A stretch of DNA of 45,980 bases from positions 17,676,765 to 17,722,744 of the forward strand of contig NC_068983.1 of the NCBI RefSeq assembly GCF_001194135.2, in the 5' to 3' direction. Both the position numbers and the translations under genes were made by a program. Shown here piece by piece: positions 25,520 through 37,606 of this stretch (positions are counted from its first letter, which is position 1; every line of letters begins with the position of its first letter). The notes below the pieces were generated by a model. It searched no databases. It was not told where the DNA came from and saw nothing but the letters and a program-made list of their open reading frames with translations. The stretch comes from Octopus bimaculoides. Taxonomy: Eukaryota.

Positions 25520-26067
25520 TGATTAAGGAGAAAAGTACATGCCCGATTGAGATACTCTCTTCTAAGGAACTCAAGATACGATTTACTCGGAACGACGGTT
25601 AGGCGGCAGGTGATGACCGATGCGATGAACACACTGGCCGCCTCCACCCTCCCTTTCAGGGATAGCCACCGCCAAGACCAGGTCTTGATTATGTGGGTCA
25701 CCCTGCTCGATACCTCGGCCCAGTTCTTCTCTATTTGGAGGTATGGTCCGAACCAAACTCCTAGCAACTTAATCGGACCCTCCGTCCAACGTCCTACGAC
25801 GCTGTAAGGAGGCATCGACTTGCCTCTCCAGGTGCCGAGCTGCAAGCCGACTGGCTTTTCACGATTAAACTTTCCTCCTACTCTCCGATCCGCCACCCCC
25901 GAAAAGCTGGACGAAGTGCTCCTGAAGAGCCTCACACATCTCCTCGGGTTCGTCTATCAACTTACCTCGCTGGTTCGTCAAAGATCGGATTATGGCATCA
26001 TTACCACGTTGGGCTACCACCATTCGGGCCCATCTTGCGGCCGTGATTCCCTCACAACCCACTGCAC
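25520..26067 (-). mobile_element. L1/Tx1-clade LINE fragment with the RT core deleted
   Basis: ARMVVAQRGNDAIIRSLTNQRG...MCEALQEHFVQLFG is homologous to the 4694-5656 copy and is joined directly to post-RT KFNREKPVGLQLGTW...IKLLGVWFG...WRWLSLKGRV. Confidence 0.85.
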
Positions 26068-26205
26068 GAAGCCTGTCTGTGTCACGCTGAATCTCCCTGA
26101 GAGCTGCGTTATGGGTACACGTGTCAGCCACTCTTACGTTAAATTTACGAGCGAGCTGTTCCGTTGATCGGATAAACTGGAACCCTTGTCGTCGAAAGCG
26201 ATGGG
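26068..26205 (+). mobile_element. SINE family C, 3' part
   Basis: GTGTCACGCTGAATCTCCCTGAGA...GGGTACACGTGTC...GTTCCGTTGATC is the reverse complement of about 10345-10490. Confidence 0.85.
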
Positions 26206-27640
26206 GTACCGGCCAATCAGAGCCTACATGGAGCCAAATAGCAATACACCATTTCTAATACGACTCAGTAAAGTCACTCGGCATACTAGAAACTGTAGAC
26301 AAGTCCCATTCAAATTATACTTTACTCTGGTATATGATATCATTAACTCGTGTAAATAAGGAAACAAAACGGATACATTTTGAATGCCTGATGTAATTGA
26401 TCTGCATGATCACAGTTCCCTACGTCGAAACAAAGACGAGAACAACAATATCGCTTGCAATATTTTTAACCCTACAGCTGAAGAAATCAGATACATCCAC
26501 TCGAAATTTCATTACGCTTAACAGCAAAAAGCAGTTTTACATGCCAGTCTATCTTTTGTTAAAGAATGTCTCATGTTTTGTTGAGATATGTCAAGTTTAT
26601 TGAGGCACAAAGGTTTTCAGAAAATGTTTTCGTAGATATTCAACATAATTATTTGAATAAACATAAGATTTAATTTTATTGTTAAAGGGTTCCACTAAAT
26701 TTAAAATTTTACTCGTAATTTTTCATCTTTTTGTTAGTAGGTAACGGAGTATCCTTGTCTTTCATAGCGCGTCGGAGGCTTGTAGAAGGAAGTGACGACA
26801 GAGGGAGGAGAATATCCTAAATCTGGAAATCTCTCACTCAAAGTGTCAGGTGGTGGTATTAAATTGGGTGATGGATGAAGTTTGAAACTCATTTAGGCCA
26901 TGGTGAAATTTGAACTCAGAATGAAAAGAGTTGAATCAAAAATTATGTGAACCAGTTCCATAATCTTACAATCTCACCAATCTACAACGTGTGCTTAGCA
27001 TTATGTTTTTTTTGCTTCGAATTCAAAAATATAAAAGCAAAGTTGGTCCCAGAACTCAGAGAATCGAAACACTTACCGCGCGATAGTCTGTCTAATGCGT
27101 TAACGTCTTTACCAGTCTATGATTTCGCGTAGTAGATTTCCAAACTGGCATTCTAAAAGTGTGGGTTTATATGCATATGTTCATATCTGTGTGTATGTAT
27201 ATGTGGTGGGTATGTCTGTGTTCATTTGTGCATGTATATGTGTGCATTTAGTCATGCAGTTCTGCATATTTTTCTGATGTATTTTTCCTTCTTTCTGTGT
27301 ATTTATTTATTTCCTATCGATACTATGTACTTTCTTATCGTATATAAACTTATATTCTTTATTATTTGCGACAAAGCATTATCTATAGGAATATTGGGTA
27401 TTGGTAAAAATAATAGATATCGGAATTTTTCTCCAATAATGACGTCTTTTGTTTTTAAAGCAGGTTCTTATTTATATATTTACATATCTGCATTTATGAA
27501 ATTTATTAACTGAATTCTATATATCATACTCGTCATCTTTCTCAATATATATTTTCTTCCATACTTTTTTCAGAGGACTCTTCTTACACAGACACTGGCA
27601 AAGTAATTTATTTAAGAAGTTTACTCGCATCGCAATGCTA

Positions 27641-27743
27641 TGGCAACGAGTTCGTGAGAGAGTCATTAGTGTGTTGGACAAAATGCTTTGCGGTATTTTC
27701 TTCGGCTTAGTACTCCGAATTCAAATTCCGTCGAGGCCAACTT
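27641..27743 (+). mobile_element. SINE family A head, degenerate
   Basis: GGCAACGAG...GGACAAAATGCTTTGCGGTATTT...TTCAAATTCCGTCGAGG. Confidence 0.7.
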
Positions 27744-28728
27744 GTATGTATATATANNNNNNNNNNNNNNNNNNNNNNNNNNNNNNNNNNNNNNNNNNNN
27801 NNNNNNNNNNNNNNNNNNNNNNNNNNNNNNNNNNNNNNNNNNNNNNNNNNNNNNNNNNNNNNNNNNNNNNNNNNNNNNNNNNNNNNNNNNNNNNNNNNNN
27901 NNNNNNNNNNNNNNNNNNNNNNNNNNNNNNNNNNNNNNNNNNNNNNNNNNNNNNNNNNNNNNNNNNNNNNNNNNNNNNNNNNNNNNNNNNNNNNNNNNNN
28001 NNNNNNNNNNNNNNNNNNNNNNNNNNNNNNNNNNNNNNNNNNNNNNNNNNNNNNNNNNNNNNNNNNNNNNNNNNNNNNNNNNNNNNNNNNNNNNNNNNNN
28101 NNNNNNNNNNNNNNNNNNNNNNNNNNNNNNNNNNNNNNNNNNNNNNNNNNNNNNNNNNNNNNNNNNNNNNNNNNNNNNNNNNNNNNNNNNNNNNNNNNNN
28201 NNNNNNNNNNNNNNNNNNNNNNNNNNNNNNNNNNNNNNNNNNNNNNNNNNNNNNNNNNNNNNNNNNNNNNNNNNNNNNNNNNNNNNNNNNNNNNNNNNNN
28301 NNNNNNNNNNNNNNNNNNNNNNNNNNNNNNNNNNNNNNNNNNNNNNNNNNNNNNNNNNNNNNNNNNNNNNNNNNNNNNNNNNNNNNNNNNNNNNNNNNNN
28401 NNNNNNNNNNNNNNNNNNNNNNNNNNNNNNNNNNNNNNNNNNNNNNNNNNNNNNNNNNNNNNNNNNNNNNNNNNNNNNNNNNNNNNNNNNNNNNNNNNNN
28501 NNNNNNNNNNNNNNNNNNNNNNNNNNNNNNNNNNNNNNNNNNNNNNNNNNNNNNNNNNNNNNNNNNNNNNNNNNNNNNNNNNNNNNNNNNNNNNNNNNNN
28601 NNNNNNNNNNNNNNNNNNNNNNNNNNNNNNNNNNNNNNNNNNNNNNNNNNNNNNNNNNNNNNNNNNNNNNNNNNNNNNNNNNNNNNNNNNNNNNNNNNNN
28701 NNNNNNNNNNNNNNNNNNNNNNNNNNNN

Positions 28729-28970
28729 GTGTGTGTGTGTTGCGTGCGTATGTGCGTGTGGGGGTATTTGAGTGTGTGTGTCTGTGTTTGCCCCCACCAC
28801 CGCTTGACAACCGATGTTGGTGTGCTTACGTCCCCATAAATTAGCGGTTCTGCAAAAGTGACCGATAGAATAAGTACTAGGCATACAAAGAATGTCCTGG
28901 GGTCGATTTGTTCGACTAAAGACCATGCTCCAGCATAACCACAGTAACAGGAATGAACCAAATAAAAGAA
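28729..28970 (+). mobile_element. SINE family B, 3' half
   Basis: CCCCCACCACCGCTTGACAACCGATG...GATAGAATAAGTACTAGG...GTCCTGGGGTCGATTTG. Confidence 0.9.
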
Positions 28971-28999
28971 TATATATATATTTATATATATATATTTAT

Positions 29000-29665
29000 A
29001 AATAATACATTTCTAAATCTCTCAGAGAGATTTATGCAGTAGTGATACGATAAAGTAGTTGTATGCTGTCAACTTAATGAATAATACTACTGCCATTTAG
29101 CCCTACGAAACAACACCGCTTCCTGTCAGCCTTGACACATTTCTTGTCTCCTTATGTTTACAAGGGGAAGATAAGCCCATTCATACAGCTAAACCTGCAT
29201 CCAGAGACTAGTTTCTGAGTCATTGCTCGTCTTCAGTCTGGAGTAGCAGGGCTTGCTAGCTGGAGATGCCTATCTAGCTCTTGTAAACATATAATTATTC
29301 TAGTGAAATAGCAGTGCTGCTTCCTAGGGCTAAATAGCAGTAGTATTATTCCCTTCATGGGACTGTCACATTAAGTTGACAGCATACAACTACTTTATCG
29401 TATCACTACTGCATAAATCTCCCTGAGAGATTTAGAAATGTATTATTTCTATTTTTGAAATCAGTGAATGCATTTCACTAGAATCATTATGTCTCTGGAT
29501 GCTGGCTTAGGTGAGTGGATGCGCTTATCTCCCCTTTGTAAACATAAGGACACAGGAAATGTGTCAAGGCTGACAGGAAGCTGTGCTGCTTCCTAGGGCT
29601 AAATAGCAGTAGTATTATTCCCTTCATGGGACTGTCACATTAAGCTGACAGCATACAACTACTGT
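29000..29665. mobile_element. Hammerhead-bearing foldback element with direct and inverted partial copies (retrozyme or Penelope pLTR-like)
   Basis: 29000-29079 is inverted at 29369-29448; 29080-29116 is inverted at 29314-29350; 29314-29394 is directly repeated at 29582-29663; 29117-29208 is inverted at about 29490-29581. Confidence 0.75.
29200..29242 (-). ncRNA. Minimal type I hammerhead ribozyme, core intact
   Basis: Minus strand: TCCAGA CTGAAGA CGAG-CAATGA-CTCA GAAA CTAG TC | TCTGGA. Stem I is a perfect 6 bp, CUGANGA and GAAA are intact, stem III is the palindrome ACTAGT, and the triplet is GUC. One C-A mismatch closes stem II. Confidence 0.8.
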
Positions 29666-30359
29666 ATATANNNNNNNNNNNNNNNNNNNNNNNNNNNNNN
29701 NNNNNNNNNNNNNNNNNNNNNNNNNNNNNNNNNNNNNNNNNNNNNNNNNNNNNNNNNNNNNNNNNNNNNNNNNNNNNNNNNNNNNNNNNNNNNNNNNNNN
29801 NNNNNNNNNNNNNNNNNNNNNNNNNNNNNNNNNNNNNNNNNNNNNNNNNNNNNNNNNNNNNNNNNNNNNNNNNNNNNNNNNNNNNNNNNNNNNNNNNNNN
29901 NNNNNNNNNNNNNNNNNNNNNNNNNNNNNNNNNNNNNNNNNNNNNNNNNNNNNNNNNNNNNNNNNNNNNNNNNNNNNNATATATACATATATATATATAT
30001 ATATAAACATATATGCGGTGTCAGATAATGATGAGAGGAATAGAAGCCGTTCCACGCAACGCGACAAAATTATCGGTCTAGTGGTGACAAGTTACACAAA
30101 AGTTGGTGTGTCATGCATATCTGCTTGTGGTATAAACATAGCTCAGTACTGGTAGCATACTATAATACTGCAGGTAAGTGAAATAACTATGAGCAAAGTA
30201 TTACATCTGATGACCTTTCATATTTGTTTACCATTTTTAAGTGTTATGAACGACGGCATTTTAAATTAAGGCTGTTTCAAATGCGTATGCTAATTTAGTT
30301 CTAGCCTGGTTAGCTTCCTTGCAAATATTTCTATAATGAAACAAACAATTTCGACTTTG

Positions 30360-30403
30360 CTGATGAGCCCAAATTAGGTCGAAACGTCGTGTCTGGCGAT
30401 GTT
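30360..30403 (+). ncRNA. Hammerhead core remnant lacking a convincing stem I
   Basis: CTGATGA GCCC-AAATTA-GGTC GAAA, with stem III ACGTCG/CGATGT; flanks do not pair as stem I. Confidence 0.4.
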
Positions 30404-30919
30404 GCTTTCTGAGAGAAGTTTCGTGTTTTTCGACATACAAGTCTCTTTGAGAAATATATATCTTGCAATTCCACTAAGATTTATCGGTATGTCCTTTTTG
30501 TTTTAAGTTCTTCAATTGTCTATAGTTTAACGAAATCACAACTATTGTTTGCAATAAAGAATAACAATAACGTTTGATATGTTGGACCGTGAATAAAAAT
30601 ATCAACCACATCAGCAGGCAACTAAGGAAATGGAAACGGTCAGTCAATATGAGAGGAATAACCGGAAAATCACTTTAAAATTACCTTTCAAAAATTAGAC
30701 TCAGGAAATAAGTTCGTTTGCAAAGACGGGTTTCTAAAGATTGAAATTTTCCGGTTGAACCCTGGCTGCTTAAAGAGAAGTAGGCTGCCGACAAAAAAAT
30801 CCAGTGAAGTGCGTGCACACGCACACAAACACACACACAAAGAGATAAACTCTTTCCAGTATCATTACAGGCTACTTTATACTCACAATCTTGTATGGCG
30901 TAGCAAAACGTAAACCCAT

Positions 30920-31058
30920 AATAGAAACAATGATGATTTAGGTTTTGGCTCAAGGCCTTTACATTCTTTAACTGGCTCACTTTTCTATATCGATTCAGCA
31001 GGGATTTGAACTGAGAACGTAAAGAACGACTCCCAACGACTCTGCCAGCTCGACGCCT
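30920..31058 (-). mobile_element. SINE family A, degenerate
   Basis: GATTTGAACTGAGAACGTAAAG...AACGACTCTGCCAGCTCGACGCC. Confidence 0.7.
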
Positions 31059-31499
31059 TCGTATCTAATAGCACCAATAATTTCTAAAATAGCTACAGTA
31101 TGTGATATTTTGTGAGCACCTGTAATAGATTAAAGCTCAAACAACACTTGATTGTTAATGAATTGATCCACATAGGAAAATTAAAACGCAGTGTCGACCT
31201 CGGCTAGATTTGAACTCAGAAAACAAGATGACACAGCTAAATACTTCAAGATGTTCCAGAGATCTACAGATTATTCTGACACTCTACCACAAGAGGCTTT
31301 TTAAACATTGAATATGATACTGCCATGCAATAGTGTAATCTATTTTAGTGCAATAATAACTGTAATAAAAATGTTAATATGTTAACAGATGATCATAAAT
31401 GATTCCTGAATGGCTGAAAGAAGGTCGTTTATTGTTGTTTAAAACAAATAAATATGCAGATCAATTAAACAAAAACAAACTCCGAAATCACTAAAGCAA

Positions 31500-31910
31500 T
31501 TCAAACAAATTGTCTTATCATCTGCGCACCAATAACTTATGAACTCCCTATCTAAGCAGTGTGTATGATAAATATCTCTAAAACACGTGAAAAGATAACC
31601 TTTACTACAATAACGGCAAATGGATTGTATAAGTAGTTATTATGGATGCAAAGATCTATTAATGTTTGATAAAGCAATAATGGCAGAAGGATGTTAAAAT
31701 GGAAACAAAAACAAGAAATCTACAGGGAGCCTGCATAGATTACAAGACTATAACTGACTTGATACTTGAGAATCTGGATACAATGCAAATCCATAAAATC
31801 GCAATAAAATAAACTCCATTTTGTGTATTATGTCCAACTGAAATAACAATCTGGAAAACAAGCCAACAAAAGAGCAGATCTAGAAATAGAAGTTAAATCT
31901 CTTTCGAAAT
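31500..31910 (+). mobile_element. R4/Dong-like RT remnant, highly decayed
   Basis: GCKDLLMFDKAIM and NLQGACIDYK resemble GCKDQLLINKAI and AWIDYKKAFD in R4/Dong RT. Confidence 0.5.
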
Positions 31911-33322
31911 AGCAGCACATTCTAACATTTTAGGAAAGAAGAAAGACAAACTGGTGCTGTGATCGTGGATACGCTGCAACTAGAAAGATGACGGGATCGT
32001 CTCGACTTGAACGATTTTGTCACTGGTCTCCCAGAAGCAGTCTATCCTGGTATCAAGTAACAAAAAAAAAATCTTGAATGAGTAAATATAAAATAAATTA
32101 GGGAATCGTGAGCAATAAAAAGAAAGCATTTTAAAAGTAGCATATTCTGATAGGATTCACTGCCTCTACTATTCTTTAGTATTTCTCAAAGAGAGAACAA
32201 ACTATGCAAGGATATAATCTACTTTGTCATCCACACCTAAATTAAAATTATATTCTTGTTCAAAGACAATTTAAAATGCTGTTTTCCTTTTCAAACACTG
32301 AGCAATGTATAGCATATTTCAAAGGTACGTTTCACTGACAATTATGCAAATGAAAGGTAAGAAATATTTAAAGCGTAATGATTTAAAGAAAAAATATTGA
32401 CTGGGCCAAAATATTTACTAGAAAATTTCTCACTTGTGTAGAAATATGGAAAGGCAAACCTTCTGGATAAAACAACACATCAAAAATAATCTAATTTGTA
32501 CTATATATTCGAAGGTAGTAGGGCCGAGGTAATGAGATCTAGAGTAATGCATAGATGTAAACAAAAACATAGTTATGTGTTCACTACCGACAGTTCAACT
32601 TCATTCTTTCTACGCAAAACACTGACATGTATAAAATGACCAAAAGGATATTCTAAGCAAAGAATGAATAATAATCGTTTGGATCAGTAGACCCTTGTAC
32701 TCAGATTTAGATCATGAGAAGAGTTTAAAAGCTACGAAGGATTTGGATTCAAAACCTGCACGACGTTACGAAGCATTGTAAAAGCAAGTAGTTCGGCATG
32801 CTACTACTACTTTCAACTTATTACATACGAATACCATTAAAATCACTTTCAAAGGTATAAGACAGTGCATATCCTATAAAACACGCAAACCTACGGGAGG
32901 GATTCAATCATGTATAAAAACACGAGATTTACGCTGCTAGTACCAAGTCAAACCTGTCATGATATTGCATATCACAGCGACTTTCCATTGAACCTGAAAT
33001 AAAATAATGCACCTTAACCAGGACAGAGAAAGACGCAGCTAATTATACACCATTATAATGGTAGCTATATACTGATATTCCATCTATATAGAAATTACGG
33101 TAAGCAGTAAATCACACGCATATCTATCATAAGCGTAATGCATGCGTGTATATATGTATATGACACAAAAGGCAACGAATAAGTTAAGTACATGACTAGC
33201 ATGGCTAGTTGTTAAATCGAAGGGATTAAAGACAAAGTTGACTTCTGTAGAGTTGCAATTGGAACTGAGAGGACGTAAGTAGATAATGTCACGCCATCAT
33301 CAAAAGAACTAGCCACAATATA

Positions 33323-33324
<2 letters not shown>

Positions 33325-33402
<78 letters not shown>
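33325..33402. repeat. (TG)n(AG)n microsatellite
   Basis: Direct reading. Confidence 0.95.
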
Positions 33403-33406
<4 letters not shown>

Positions 33407-33420
33407 TATATACCCACACA

Positions 33421-33601
33421 AACAGGAGTGGCTGTGATGCGCATGAGTGGCTGTGTGGTACGAAGATTGCTTCCCAAACACATAGTTCCAGGTTCACTCC
33501 CACTACGTGGCACCTTGGAAAAATGTCTTCTACTACAGCCCTACGCTGACTAAAGACCTTGGTCGATGGAAAATGAAAGAAGCCCATCGTATATATATAC
33601 G

Positions 33602-33652
<51 letters not shown>

Positions 33653-33726
33653 TAGTCCCCCACTATCACTTGACAACTGATGCAGGGACCAGTAGAATAA
33701 GTACTAAGCTCACAAAAAAAGTCCTG
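33421..33726 (+). mobile_element. SINE family B, 3'-truncated, with internal (TA)n(TG)n
   Basis: CAGGAGTGGCTGTG...GTGGCACCTTGG...AAGAAGCCCATCGTATAT...GAATAAGTACTAAGC. Confidence 0.88.
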
Positions 33727-35769
33727 GTTGTCAAGCGATGGTGGGGGACTAACACACACACGCGTGTATATTAGTATGGACTTATATATATGCGTGTATA
33801 TATATATATATATATATATATACACGCACACGTATATGTGTGTACAATATGTATATATAACTGCATATGTGTGTATATATATATATAAATGTGTGCGTAT
33901 CTGTCTATGTGCTATATGTGTGTGTGTGTATATGTGCGTGTGCATGTGTATATATGTGTGTGTGTGTGTGTGCGTGTTTGTGGGTGCATATGTATATGCG
34001 CGCTCGCTCGTCTGTAAATGGGTTCCTAAGAGAAACATAATCAGGAAGCGATTAGCGATTTTCTCAAAATTAAGATTTTTGTCAATCACGTTTCTAACAG
34101 TAGAATTAAGATTACAATCTTATACTTGCAGCGCCAAACGTCATGTGAAGTTAACATTACGCAATGAGATGATTACACGCTTAATTATTGTTAAGGAAAT
34201 GATTCAATATATATTAAAGTAAGCAGGAGTTCTTCATCTTATTATATCATAGCATTCGTTTGCAATAGATGTAACTAAGCAGATTTCCATATCACACCAA
34301 TTCATTTGTTGATTGATGGCACTTACTTACGCTGTTCTTATGAATATTCAATCTCCGTAAAAATGCCTCAAATTCTTTGCTTTCAAATCGAGTACTACGG
34401 TCACTATGAACCCAACTTCGAACAGCAGAGGAAATGAATGAAGTTAGAGAGTTAATAAAATAACCTGACTTTTTCTTTTTCTAAGGCAACTGCAATATCG
34501 AGTATCATATCGAATACTATCAAAATGTAAGAGGTAACCCATTGTAGTAAATGGTATTATCGTGCAATATAAAGTGGAAGTCGACAAGATTCTGTTGATT
34601 GTATCACATGGCCAGTTATATTCCTTATGATACTAGGCGCTAACCCTGCACATGTAGCACGAGATCTACTTATATATTTAACTTATTTGCTTTATAGATC
34701 AGTACAATGGAATCTTTTCATACAAGCAATTTATCGAAGCTAGGGTACAACAGCTTGTTTCGTTGCTAACTCTGCTTATTATTTGAAATCCGTCCATTAT
34801 GTTTTCAATCGCAGAAATTCTGTTTAAGGGATCTTCTGCAAATCCTCTCTACCTAGACGGTGTTTATTTCATATAAGAACTTTACAAAATTTTGTCATTA
34901 ACTATACAATTTACCGTCGCAGATCTAGATCGACAATCTAATAGAAAAACCATGGTTTGTTGATCTGTAACAAATTTTAAACTAGTGTACTTATTGGTAA
35001 TGTCACACTTTTTCATCCGAGTTAACTATTCAAAAGACTTCTAACTCTATTTCGGCCCACTTATTTTCAATATTATTCAATATATAAGAATAGAAGCAAA
35101 TTTGGTGCTCATTTGGAATATGATACAATCTATTGATGACAGAGACACGTCGGTGTTATGAGTGAATAGTAAGCAGGTGTCAGAACAAATAACGAAAGTG
35201 TTGCAACACTGTCTTTCACCTTTAATTGCCTCAAGAAACGCAGCTGACATGGCTTAGTTTCAAACAAAAGTGTTACAATTTCAGAAAAACTTATTTTCTA
35301 TTTCGAATAATACACGATTAACCCTTTGAAACTTTCAGGTTGCTTGGCATTTCCAAGCACACGAAATCCAAGGAGAGATAATAGTCTATCAGAGTCCAAC
35401 AGTATGTCACTTCCTCTAAAAATATCACCTAAAATGTTAACTTTCTTTTAGAGGTGAGTTAGAACAGTACTTGGAGTTTAAGACCGAGAAAACAAATGAA
35501 AATTACTTCCATGGAAAATTCTTAGCTGAAGTCAATGAATATTCGAACTTTTGAAGTTTTCTGAAATATACCATTGAATCCTGGATTCACATATACAACA
35601 GAAATAGGTGAAGGTGGAAGCTGAAGAAAAATTTCAATCTGAAGTTTTTGATATTTTTTGATAATGCAAAAATGTTCACACAATCAACAACAGCTTCAGT
35701 TACAAGCAATTATTTACGTCAATGGCTATGTCTTTCCAGTTGAGTTAGAAGGTATACATCGCACGTGGC

Positions 35770-35935
35770 TGAATCACCCTCTGCCTTTCCCTTCGATAAC
35801 ATCGGTGGCGTAGAGAGGGGAGGCTGGTATCCATGGGTAACTGCTGATCTTCCATAAAAAAACCTTGCCTGGACTTGAGCCATGGAGAGGAACTTTTCAG
35901 GTGTAATCCAATGGTCATTCATGACCAAAGGAGCT
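35770..35935 (+). mobile_element. Interspersed repeat (SINE-like 3' part)
   Basis: GCCTTTCCCTTCGATAACATCGGTGGCGTAGAGAGGGGAGGCTGGTAT...GGTCATTCATGACC recalled as an octopus repeat; single copy in this window. Confidence 0.5.
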
Positions 35936-36454
35936 CTTTACTTTTTTAGTATTTCTATACATCAAGAAACTGCGCACTTGCAGATGAATCAGAATACAAT
36001 TTCATAACAGACCCTTTCTCAATGCTCCCACAAAGCTATCAAGAAGCCACCGTTCGTTGTACCCATTCATAGTACCACATAAAAATTTGGTGGGATGATA
36101 ACGTTGATACATTTGGTCTTTGACAGACCTTTGTGACGTGTCCTATCATTGCGGCATTGTTTATCAACAGCAGATTATCCTGTACGAGATGTTGATTAGC
36201 AAGCAACAGAAATAAAAGGATTTTGCAGCAATTCTGCCCTTAGCACTGATACTCTTTTATTTGAGCAACAGAAGTAAAGGAAACGATTTCCTATAAAGCA
36301 AACGATGAAATAAAGCAAGGCTATGACAACGTGCATTCTGATAGGTTCCCCTGTTAATCGTTGGCGAGAAAAATATTATTCCGGAACAATATATTGATAT
36401 GTGCTTAAGAGAACTGGCAAAGTAAATTATAGTTTGTACAGGCATTGTTTCAAT

Positions 36455-36560
36455 AAAGAGCCAGGAGGCACGTTGTATCTTTGAGCGAGGCACTTCCTTT
36501 CATAATTCTTTAGCCTACTCGGATGTAATGAATACCAGTCAAGTGCTGCTGTAGCCCTCT
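36455..36560 (+). mobile_element. Degenerate SINE related to family C
   Basis: GCACGTTGTATCTTTGAGCGAGGCACTT aligns with GCGTTGTATCCTTCAGCAAGACTCTT on the minus strand of about 10560-10595. Confidence 0.55.
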
Positions 36561-37606
36561 TTCCTTCTCTCTCCTCAGCTGTCATATTCGGATATCCCAC
36601 TGGGTCAAAGGTATGAGGATTAAAAGGACACCTATCTTTGTTCCCTAGTACACGATATATAAACAACTAAAACGTTTTTAGGCGAAACCATAGCGCATAT
36701 TACAGAACGATACACATTCTCCAGTGACGGCTATCTGTGCAGTTTTGTTTTATTCATTCACTGAGGATATTTTTGCAGCCAGTAAATGTCAACGGTATGA
36801 AGTCTATTGGTCGTGAATAGAAGGTAATGCTATATATATACAGCCTCTCTTTTGTAATTTCAGTCCAATCTGTTTCATCATAATAAACGGCTGCTGCGTT
36901 ATACAGGCTTAATAGAAATAAGACTATTTTATTGCTCTCACTTCATTTAATAAATCTAAGATATCTTTCAAAGTATGCAATAAATTTATCAAAACACTCT
37001 GCAGATATATTCTTAAACAACGGTAGGCTGAGTCATAATGAATACTTTATGGCTTATAGTTGATTTTGGAGTGTGAAAATTATTGTAGCTCATAATTACG
37101 ACGATATAATAGCCGGTCCTAAGGTTTATATTATTCACACTGGAGAAATCATCGATAAAAGAAGTCATGTGATTCATATTTTATAATAATGAAAGAACTA
37201 TTTTGCCACAGGCTAGGATGTATGAGTACCGAACTTTCGTTAAAATAACGCATGAACTCATGGCATAGTAGTATTAATAATAAATATTAGGCTAAAAGAG
37301 AATCAAAAAATATTCACAACTGTACATGTAGAATATGTGTTTTAGGTATTACTTAGTTGTTCCTGATATATTTCTCTTTCAATGGAGTTTGAGCGTACGT
37401 GTTATTTATTCTAAAGAAATTTATCTATGTGCATATCATTTTGTGTATGTGTGTCTTTGTGCATTGCATGTCTGTGTGTTCGTTTCTTCCTACTGTGTCT
37501 CCCTCACTCTTGCTCTCTATATATGTATATGTATATATACATATGTACATATGCATACATATATACATACACACACACACATACGAGATCTGATAAATAA
37601 GTAGCC

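Noticed and set aside
36427-36666. Protein-looking 79-aa minus-strand ORF (RCPFNPHTFDPVGYP...)
   Set aside because: Its second half is the antisense of a degenerate SINE, and there is no recognisable homology.
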